From a virus (lineage: Duplodnaviria > Heunggongvirae > Uroviricota > Caudoviricetes): 13,747 bases of DNA. Position numbers and translations under genes: made by a program. This document shows, piece after piece, positions 7,101 to 13,747 of the stretch (within the stretch, counting starts at the first letter, position 1; every line of letters starts with the position of its first letter). The DNA is taken from the IMG/VR virus record IMGVR_UViG_2574179769_000003, positions 1-13,747 of that record; one strand, 5' to 3'. The notes under the pieces are model-generated. The model was not told the origin of the DNA. It worked only from the letters and a program-made list of their open reading frames with translations, and made no database searches.

Positions 7101-8062
7101 TACTCTGCTCCCAAGTGATATACCCTATCATGTATATCTTGCGCTCTGCCATCATTAAAGGGGTTAGTTGAAATATAACCACAAATTCTTAAAGCAATAT
7201 TCATTTTATTAAAATTATCATTGCCACATTGAGGACAATGGAATCTTAAGTCATCACCCATAGAGATATCTGTGCAGCCACATTCATGACAATATGAAGT
7301 AGTTGTGTTAATCTCAGCATACATATTTGTATTATAGATATGTTTAATGACTTCTAATAGCGCCTCAATATTCTTAGTCATATTTGGAGTTTCAATGTAA
7401 GATATTGCACCTCCTAAACTTAACTTTTGGAATTCACTTTCCAAACTTAATTTGGAAAAGGCATCAATTTGTTGAGATGGAGTAATGTGATAAGAATTAG
7501 TAATATAATCTTTATCAGTTATTCCTTCGACCAGTCCGAATCGTTCTCTAAGACATTTTGCAAATTTATATGTAGTAGATTCGATTGGACTGCCATAAAT
7601 ACTGAATCCAATATTTGTCTCCTTTTTCCATTTACTGCAAGCATCGTTTAATTTTTTTAATATATTTTCTCCAAATATACGTCCTTTTTCTTTGGTGTGT
7701 GATTCGCCTGTCATATATTTAACACACTCATAAAGACCAGCATATCCTAACGAAATTGAGGAATAGTCATTGAATAATAATTTATTAATTATTTCGCCTT
7801 TATTTAATCTCGCATATGCGCCATGTTGCCATAAAATTGGAGCTACATCGGATTTAGTACCTTTCAACGAATTATGTCTAACCATTAATGCTTTAAAGCA
7901 TAAATCTAATCTTTCATTAAATATTTGCCAAAATTTATCAAAATTTTTATTGCTTGACAATGCTATATCAGGTAATGATAAAGTTACAACACCTTGATTG
8001 AAACGTCCATAAAATTTTGGCTCATTGTTTTTATCATAATATGGTTGTAGAAACGATCTACA
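7100..8062 (-). CDS. nrdD: Class III ribonucleotide reductase, exon 2 (320 aa)
   Basis: Starts CRSFL. Contains GRFNQGVVT, SLGYAGLYE, YGSPIES, YITNSYH, Zn motifs CHEC/CPQC and the glycyl-radical motif RICGY. Confidence 0.97.
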   Translation of the reverse strand, partial: CRSFLQPYYDKNNEPKFYGRFNQGVVTLSLPDIALSSNKNFDKFWQIFNERLDLCFKALMVRHNSLKGTKSDVAPILWQHGAYARLNKGEIINKLLFNDYSSISLGYAGLYECVKYMTGESHTKEKGRIFGENILKKLNDACSKWKKETNIGFSIYGSPIESTTYKFAKCLRERFGLVEGITDKDYITNSYHITPSQQIDAFSKLSLESEFQKLSLGGAISYIETPNMTKNIEALLEVIKHIYNTNMYAEINTTTSYCHECGCTDISMGDDLRFHCPQCGNDNFNKMNIALRICGYISTNPFNDGRAQDIHDRVYHLGAE

Positions 8063-8356
8063 CATTACTTTGCTGAATATCACTATTCAAACTGACTAGA
8101 TGTTCTCTCCGAGTCCGTTAGTCTCATCGTCGAGCCGACCGCTTGGAGTTGGTGCTTATCTCCAACCCTACATGGTTACACTCATCACCATTAGTCGATA
8201 CACATTTACAACTGCAAAATAGCAATTGATTTAGCACGGTACTCATCTTAGATCATAATCGTTAGACTCCCTAAGACCTATCCGTTAGCAGTATTTGATA
8301 CTACACCCATTAAGCAAATGGTTCGATCGGTTTATCCTGGGCTATAGTTTACGCTT
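8063..8356 (-). ncRNA. Group I self-splicing intron (IA2-like), 294 nt, no homing endonuclease ORF
   Basis: The 5' exon ends in U (GGU) and the intron ends in G; removal restores CMG|CRSFL in frame. Pairings seen: P1 UGGGU/GCCCA (8342-8338), P10 CUAUA/UGUAG, P3 CCGAUCG (8330-8324)/CGGUCGG (8141-8135), P7 GACUA (8196-8192)/UAGUC (8098-8094), P9 UGAAUA-GUGA-UAUUCA. GC is about 41% by hand count (122/294). Confidence 0.95.
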
Positions 8357-9555
8357 ACCCATACACGGAAAACAGTTGTTTTGTTTTAATTCTCTCATTT
8401 TCTTTTCAGAAATATAATCTGGCACAAGTCTTTTAGAGCTACACTCAGCAGCTAGTTTAGTCAAATACCAATATTTGCTATTTTCATGAACATTGTCTTC
8501 TTCCAAAACATAAAGTAACTTCGGAAATGCTATTGTAATAGGTGCTCCTTTTTCATTTTTAACCCTTTAATTCTTTGACGTAGTACCTCTTCAATAATCA
8601 TCGCTAAATCATTTTTGGTTTGTTTATCGCTAACTTCACCCAAATACATGAATATACTTGTAAACGGACTCTGCCCATTAGTACTCGAAATTGTAATTAA
8701 TTGATATTGAATAGTTTGAACGCCATCCGCAATTTCTTCCTTTAGTCTTTTTTCGGTTAATTCATCAATCAATTCTGGATTGCCACTTGCTATACCAATT
8801 TCGTATTTAACTTTTTTCTTGATTTTTTTCCTACTAATATCAACAAAGGGTGCCAAATGTGATAGTGAAATTGTATTACCACCATATTGCGAGCTAGCAA
8901 CTTGTGCGATAATTTGAGTAGCTATAGTACAAGCGGTTCTGAATGAATGTGGTTTTTCAATCATAGTTCCACTAATAACTGTGCCATTTTGCAACATATC
9001 TTCAAGATTAATTAAACTACAATTCGTCATTGGCATTCCTGGACTATAGTCCATATCATGGAAATGAATAATCCCTTTATTATGAGCATCAATTATTTCT
9101 TTAGGTACTAATAATTTTTCTGCCATCTCTTTACATGTAAATCCAGCTAAATAATCTCTCATTGTTGGTATAATACGAGTATCTTTGTTACTGTTTTCTT
9201 TTATAACTTCTTCATTATTACCTTTTACTAAGCTTATATAGTTATCGTACCTCTTACTTAAATCTTTTGATATTTCTCTATTAACATTTCTTTTACATCT
9301 ATATCTAATATAAGCTTTGGCAACATCTCTTCTATCTGTATCTAACAATTTATCTTCTACCATATCCTGAATAGCCTCTACTGACAGATATTCAGTGTAG
9401 GTGTTAGATATTTCCTTTGCAATTAATCCAGCTTTTAATTTTGCTGATTCTGTGATTTTTTTATCTACTTCTTTAAATGCTTTGATTATAGCATTTTTAA
9501 TTTTGCTTGAATCAAAATCAACCTTATTCCCATTTCTTTTAATAACTTTTAACAC
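8357..9555 (-). CDS. nrdD: Class III ribonucleotide reductase, exon 1 (ATP-cone plus N-terminal half), with a -1 frameshift near 8556-8560
   Basis: GAGGAG SD then GTG at 9555 reads MLKVIKRNG (ATP cone), HFHDMDY, TNCSL, NGQSPFTS. After the A5 run the -1 frame continues NEKGAPITIAFPKLLYVLEE...CSSKRLVPDYISEK...CFPCMG. Repaired and spliced length is about 720 aa. Confidence 0.95.
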
Positions 9556-9565
9556 TAAATTCTCC

Positions 9566-9901
9566 TCATCTTGCAAGTTTTATTTTCTCTAACTCCATTT
9601 TGGCACCAATAAATCTTTCTTGTAATATTCTTGATAAAATATCAAATGGTACAGTATAACAATAAACATTGTTTAAATTATATATTTCAATATGGACTAT
9701 CACATTATTCTTCTTGTTGACAAATATTTGACCTCTAGTTGCGCCGAATCGTCTAATAACGTAAATAGAAATATTGTTATTATCAGTTGCATTTCCATAA
9801 AATAAAATGTGATTTTTTAAAATGTAATATTCGTCCTCACAACTGTCATTAAGATAATTGTCTAAAAATTTTGTGATATTATTTTTATATACTTTGTTCA
9901 T
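9566..9901 (-). CDS. Hypothetical phage protein (GATRG motif)
   Basis: 111-aa ORF directly upstream of nrdD; motif RRFGATRGQIFV. Confidence 0.7.
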   Translation of the reverse strand: MNKVYKNNITKFLDNYLNDSCEDEYYILKNHILFYGNATDNNNISIYVIRRFGATRGQIFVNKKNNVIVHIEIYNLNNVYCYTVPFDILSRILQERFIGAKMELEKIKLAR

Positions 9902-9915
9902 TTTATTACCAAACG

Positions 9916-10422
9916 TTATCCGCCTACTGCTCCCTTCCTATAAAATTTTTTAAATCTAATTAATTCTTCTTCATTTAAATAAATATCAACTCTATGTCCA
10001 CATCCATCATATCCAGTTACTTTGACTTCGGTAATATCTAGATTGTTTATACAACAAAACTGTTCTTCTGTTTCTTCAATTTGCTTGCGCATCCAACTTG
10101 AGTTTAGATCTTTAAGTTTATCAACTGGCAGTTTGTCTGTGTTACATTCAAAGCTATCTTTAGAGTCTAATAAATCCAATTTATTAATTGTCACATAGTA
10201 AGAATTTGTACAGCTGCCATAACCAATTCTAATATAATTATTTGCATAGCATATATCTAAATAGGGAACAGGAGCGCCACGAAGCTCCCAAAAATCTTTG
10301 ATAAACGAGCAAATTTCCTTCTCCGATTTGAATTCGCCAATATATTTCAATTTACCGACATCAAGTTTGTTTTTAATAATATAGTTTTGAGCATACTCGT
10401 CCTTGTAATATAGTTTTAACAT
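9916..10422 (-). CDS. Hypothetical phage protein
   Basis: GGAG SD supports ATG at 10422 (MLKLYYK...); overlaps the upstream stop. Confidence 0.75.
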   Translation of the reverse strand: MLKLYYKDEYAQNYIIKNKLDVGKLKYIGEFKSEKEICSFIKDFWELRGAPVPYLDICYANNYIRIGYGSCTNSYYVTINKLDLLDSKDSFECNTDKLPVDKLKDLNSSWMRKQIEETEEQFCCINNLDITEVKVTGYDGCGHRVDIYLNEEELIRFKKFYRKGAVGG

Positions 10423-10676
10423 CGTTTTATCTCCGTACAATATTTTAATATACTTATTGTTGAGTCAGATATTTCGTTAAGAGCTAATTGAACATTGTTT
10501 TTATTACAAATAAAATATTTTAACTCTTGGTTAAACATGCTTCTAAAAATTAAAAACCTAAAGTCTTTGCTTAAATCTTTATACGTTCCTTCCTTACATT
10601 TATATGATGTAATCGTGTCATCAAATTTATTCACTTCACGACAAATAATTACACAATCGTTTTCTAGTTCATTCAT
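10416..10676 (-). CDS. Hypothetical phage protein (86 aa)
   Basis: AAGGAG SD supports ATG at 10676 (MNELEND...) rather than the track start at 10727. Confidence 0.7.
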   Translation of the reverse strand: MNELENDCVIICREVNKFDDTITSYKCKEGTYKDLSKDFRFLIFRSMFNQELKYFICNKNNVQLALNEISDSTISILKYCTEIKRC

Positions 10677-10686
10677 TATCTTCTCC

Positions 10687-11130
10687 TTAATTGTATTTAT
10701 TTCTCGTTGTTTCAACCCAAACCACAATTTTATAAACAGCCCATTGTGGGATATCTTTGTTTATTTTATCTTTATCTGGGTTGACATTTTTTACTTCCCA
10801 ACAACCAAAATCACTCTTAGATGGATTTAGTGACAGACTTGCTTCATACTTTCTTATGAATTCATCATTAATATATAAATCGAATGAGATGTCGAACCAT
10901 TGTCTATAGTCACTTCCTAAACCCGCTAAAGTTTTGGCATGTATGTTACACAATTTAATGTTATTATTTATTTTAATACAATCATTCCAATGCCATGAAC
11001 AATCATAATAGAAGTCATAATATCCATTATATCGTTGCCATAAATATATGTGATAATCTCTTTTATGTAACAAATAAATTGTTACTGCACTAGCCAATCT
11101 TTTTCTATTTAACCACATTTTCATATTCAT
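10687..11130 (-). CDS. Hypothetical phage protein (Trp/Tyr-rich)
   Basis: 147-aa ORF filling the operon gap. Confidence 0.7.
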   Translation of the reverse strand: MNMKMWLNRKRLASAVTIYLLHKRDYHIYLWQRYNGYYDFYYDCSWHWNDCIKINNNIKLCNIHAKTLAGLGSDYRQWFDISFDLYINDEFIRKYEASLSLNPSKSDFGCWEVKNVNPDKDKINKDIPQWAVYKIVVWVETTRNKYN

Positions 11131-11136
11131 ACTTCT

Positions 11137-11652
11137 TTATTTGTATTGGTATCTTCTATAACGTTTCCAAGAACGCTGCATTTTAGTTTGGTATTCCATC
11201 GCCAAACCATCTAATTTTCTTTTAACTTTAATCTGCTTTAAATGGATACCATATTCATCACTAATTTCTTTTATTTCTTGAGGAGTAATAGAGTGTATCT
11301 GTTCGCTATGATTATTTGGATACCGCCATCTGTGCCCAGAGTGTTTGCGATTTTGTCTGCACCCGAATTTCCTTTTAACATTTTTATATAATTCATCCTT
11401 GGTGCGAATCCGACCTTTTTTATCAGTTACAATGTATCTGCAAGAAACTAAAAACCGCCATGTTCGAATTTTTGTATTTACTCGCTCATAATCAAAGCAT
11501 TTTGCTAATTTTATTTCACCAAGATAATCATACACACCTTGAGCGCCTTCAACATATCCAAGATACGTCCAACCACTTAAGTGATACACACTTCCATCTT
11601 TATTGCTGTCCACCCATTTAATTTCTTGTTTGTAAACATAGTATCTTTGCAT
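11137..11652 (-). CDS. Hypothetical basic phage protein with C-terminal RSWK...QYK tail
   Basis: GGAGG SD supports ATG at 11652; ends MQRSWKRYRRYQYK. Confidence 0.75.
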   Translation of the reverse strand: MQRYYVYKQEIKWVDSNKDGSVYHLSGWTYLGYVEGAQGVYDYLGEIKLAKCFDYERVNTKIRTWRFLVSCRYIVTDKKGRIRTKDELYKNVKRKFGCRQNRKHSGHRWRYPNNHSEQIHSITPQEIKEISDEYGIHLKQIKVKRKLDGLAMEYQTKMQRSWKRYRRYQYK

Positions 11653-11668
11653 CCAACCCTCCACTTGA

Positions 11669-11730
11669 ATAAAATCTACATTTTATCCAAAAATCCCCCT
11701 TTGGAAAACACGTGATTTTACGATGTTTTC
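11669..11730. promoter_or_regulatory. Three abutting inverted repeats in an intergenic gap
   Basis: ATAAAAT-ctac-ATTTTAT (11669-11686), CCAAA-8nt-TTTGG (11687-11704), and GAAAACA-CGT...ACG-a-TGTTTTC (11704-11730). The repeats are directly visible; a regulatory role is inferred. Confidence 0.45.
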
Positions 11731-11763
11731 TAAGGATATTTTTGAGCAATTATGTAAAAATAT

Positions 11764-12999
11764 CTAGGTATTGTTATCTTTTTCTATTTCTACAACTTTC
11801 AAAGTATCAGAAATATTATCAACAGAGATTTCATCATTCAAATTAAACTCACTATATTTTGTATTTAAAACAAACCATCTTCCATCACTGTTCGTTCCAT
11901 TTGCACTAAACAAAATACTATTATTAATATTGTTTCCAAATCCAGAATAAGCTGAACAAGTTACTATTGCATATTGTTTAAAATTATTATACTTATCAAA
12001 TACCTTGACTATATCACCTATATGCAATCTACTGCCTTTAACATCTTTCGATAGTACTGGTGTTCCCAATATGTTTTTCTGAGGATATATTTTATCCAAA
12101 ATACCTTTTAAAGCTAATACTTTTGCTTTAGCAGATTCATAACCTTCTAAAACAATATAGTTGTTTTTATTGAGAGAGAGTAATTTATTATCAACTAATA
12201 TATTACAAAGTTCGTTTTGAATCTTTTTAATACTTCCAATTTTAAGAGATGGGCAAAAACGATTATTTGTAATCATTACATATTCTCCCATTTTTGCAGG
12301 GCGTTTATTTTTTTTTTTGACCTGCTTAACTTTAATAGTTTTTTCTTTGTGACAAGCAATGCTATATCGCCTCAAATAATTTTCTAAATCTTCAAAAAAT
12401 TTAAGTGGTGCTATATATTTTGGATACTTTGCGTTATTATCAGCAGTAAAATATCCATCTACTACATCATAAATTTTTCCTTTAGTAAGAATGGAACTGT
12501 CGGTTAATACCTCAAAACTACAATTAAGAAAATTTGCATCTTTGGTTTCACTTACATCTATTTTTTCATCTTTGTCAAATAGTCTGTTGAAAGTCATAGT
12601 AGCTCCAATAGTAAAATCAAACTTGTCATCATGATGACATTTACTTACCTCACGTTTTACAACTTTCCCATTTTCTTTTAATATTGCATGAGTTTCATTA
12701 TTTTTAACTGTTATATGAATTTCGCAACTACTTTTTTTAAATGTAATGTTTTTGAAAGCAACTTTTTCAAATAAGAGGTTTTCTAATCTAGCTGCTTTTA
12801 ACTTATGTGATTTTTTGTCAACAAATAATCCAAGTTTAAAATTTGAATTTTTTATCCATTCCAGACATGCACTTTTAAACTTAGAGTTTAGTAAATTATT
12901 TTTAATACATTTGTCTAAAAATGTTTTAACTTCTTCAATATTTTCAAATGTTACTGCTATATTTCCCTTAACAAAATCTTCAAATGTATATTTTTTCAA
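11764..12999 (-). CDS. Mosaic multi-domain phage protein (411 aa)
   Basis: AAGGAGG SD plus TTG. Successive short modules: IAVTFEN..EV..FL, SKCHHDDKFDFTIG, LTKGKIYDV.DG, KRPAKMGEYV...YIVLE, and D.KG..LHIGDIV. Confidence 0.85.
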   Translation of the reverse strand: MKKYTFEDFVKGNIAVTFENIEEVKTFLDKCIKNNLLNSKFKSACLEWIKNSNFKLGLFVDKKSHKLKAARLENLLFEKVAFKNITFKKSSCEIHITVKNNETHAILKENGKVVKREVSKCHHDDKFDFTIGATMTFNRLFDKDEKIDVSETKDANFLNCSFEVLTDSSILTKGKIYDVVDGYFTADNNAKYPKYIAPLKFFEDLENYLRRYSIACHKEKTIKVKQVKKKNKRPAKMGEYVMITNNRFCPSLKIGSIKKIQNELCNILVDNKLLSLNKNNYIVLEGYESAKAKVLALKGILDKIYPQKNILGTPVLSKDVKGSRLHIGDIVKVFDKYNNFKQYAIVTCSAYSGFGNNINNSILFSANGTNSDGRWFVLNTKYSEFNLNDEISVDNISDTLKVVEIEKDNNT

Positions 13000-13080
13000 A
13001 ATCGTCCTCCTTTGTTTTTTTTATATTTATCCTAAAAATATTTTTCAAAAAATTATAATAACTATACAGTTTTAAGGTAT

Positions 13081-13167
13081 TTAAGAAAATATATTTCCTA
13101 TTAAATAACATATAGCTGTAGTTATCATAAACAACCAGAACCATTTGTCATCGTTACTGTTTTTCAA
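13081..13167 (-). CDS. Small single-pass membrane peptide (28 aa), not in ORF track
   Basis: GGAGGTG SD 7 nt before TTG; reads MKNSNDDKWFWLFMITTAICYLIGNIFS*. Confidence 0.6.
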   Translation of the reverse strand: MKNSNDDKWFWLFMITTAICYLIGNIFS

Positions 13168-13231
13168 TATATTTCACCTCCATTATTTATTTTTTTTAAA
13201 GAATATTTGTTATTGAGATATGCAAATGTTT

Positions 13232-13333
13232 TTAATTATGATTGTTTTTATTAGACATTTGAACTGGATATAATTTTTTGTTGTCACAAGCCTTTTTTGT
13301 ATCATCTTTAAACATTGTCAATTTGTCAGTCAT
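13232..13333 (-). CDS. Possible 33-aa ORF
   Basis: AAGGT SD-like site 8 nt before ATG; reads MTDKLTMFKDDTKKACDNKKLYPVQMSNKNNHN*; no recognisable motif. Confidence 0.25.
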   Translation of the reverse strand: MTDKLTMFKDDTKKACDNKKLYPVQMSNKNNHN

Positions 13334-13364
13334 ATTTTACTACCTTCTTATAAACTAATATATT

Positions 13365-13747
13365 TTAATCAAGCCCATCATATAAAGATTTCGACAAATC
13401 GTCATTACTAAATTTGTTGGAATTTCTTATTGCATTAATTAGATTAATTTTACTATCTCTGCACAGTGAGTAACCATATTTACAATATCTATAACTGCGT
13501 TCTAATGTATTAAATGGGTAAAGCAGTTTGTCGTTTTGTAAAACAAGTTTTCTTTCATGTAGGTGCTCAAAAAATTTTGGATGATGTAATATACAATAAT
13601 TAAACATACACAAATCTTCATCATCATAATCAACTTCGTAATAATAACAAAATTTAGTAATTGTAAAATCAAAATGATCTAATATAGCTTCAGGTTCACC
13701 AAATGTTTTTTTTATCAGTTCAACAACTATCCCTGTTTTTACTTCCT
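13365..13747 (-). CDS. C-terminal part of a poly(A) polymerase/CCA-adding-like nucleotidyltransferase family protein (5'-truncated by the window edge)
   Basis: The frame is open to the window end and reads EVKTGIVVELIKKTFGEPEAILDHFDFTITKFCY...FFEHLHERKLVL...NTLERSYRYCKYGYSL. The FDFT and R..(K/R)Y...GY motifs are typical of this family. Confidence 0.6.
   Translation of the reverse strand, partial: EVKTGIVVELIKKTFGEPEAILDHFDFTITKFCYYYEVDYDDEDLCMFNYCILHHPKFFEHLHERKLVLQNDKLLYPFNTLERSYRYCKYGYSLCRDSKINLINAIRNSNKFSNDDLSKSLYDGLD

Larger units (their letters stand above)
1..13747 (-). mobile_element. Segment of a phage/prophage genome (nucleotide-metabolism region), probable anaerobic Bacillota host
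   Basis: Co-oriented dense genes with many short hypotheticals; nrdD/nrdG/dUTPase/ThyX-like/kinase cluster; group I intron; Xis-like gene; GGAGG/AAGGAG SD sites; low GC. Confidence 0.9.

Noticed and set aside
8063-8356. Homing endonuclease within the intron
   Set aside because: 294 nt is almost fully accounted for by core helices. Only trivially short ORFs are present, with no HNH, GIY-YIG or LAGLIDADG motif.
8341-8532. TAG stops inside nrdD as a sign of stop-codon reassignment
   Set aside because: Reading through TAG 8532-8530 gives non-NrdD sequence, while the -1 frame gives the conserved one. The TAG at 8344-8342 lies inside the intron. TAG terminates normal genes at 4777 and 11764.
7100-9576. 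nrdD as two natural subunits, or split by an intein
   Set aside because: The insert has no open in-frame reading and has complete group I pairings. The track's GTG start at 8083 lies in the P9 loop with no SD.
348-13075. Plus-strand ORFs in the track (348, 1119, 1572, 3825, 5937, 7469, 7770, 9401, 10495, 12746)
   Set aside because: All are antisense shadows of well-supported minus-strand genes, are rich in F/L/I/S and have no recognisable motifs.
1-13747. tRNA genes, CRISPR arrays, IS elements, DNA hypermodification cluster
   Set aside because: No cloverleaf, spaced direct repeats, transposase motifs or recognisable base-modification enzymes were seen by eye. A tRNAscan/Infernal run would be needed to exclude small RNAs formally.

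Overview
This window is an AT-rich segment of a large Bacillota (Clostridia/Erysipelotrichia-like) phage or prophage. All credible genes are on the minus strand and tightly packed, with Firmicute-type SD sites and ATG/GTG/TTG starts. The core is a dNTP-supply operon: class III ribonucleotide reductase nrdD plus activase nrdG, a dimeric dUTPase, a non-canonical ThyX-like protein, a guanylate-kinase-like enzyme and a nucleoside 2-deoxyribosyltransferase-like protein. The two nrdD ORFs in the track are one gene. It is interrupted by a 294-nt ORF-less group I intron (8063-8356) placed immediately before the catalytic Cys of MG^CRSFL, and it also carries a single-base frameshift near 8556-8560. Candidate anti-defence genes are interspersed: a Tad2/DUF2829-like domain fused to a crAss001_48-like helical domain, and a mosaic protein with a gp49/Acb4-like motif. 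The ORF track missed or mis-started several genes: a frameshifted Tn916-Xis-like gene (1-209), a 46-aa zinc-ribbon protein, a 28-aa membrane peptide, and the C-terminal part of a nucleotidyltransferase-like gene running off the right edge. All family assignments come from motif recognition by eye; no searches were run.
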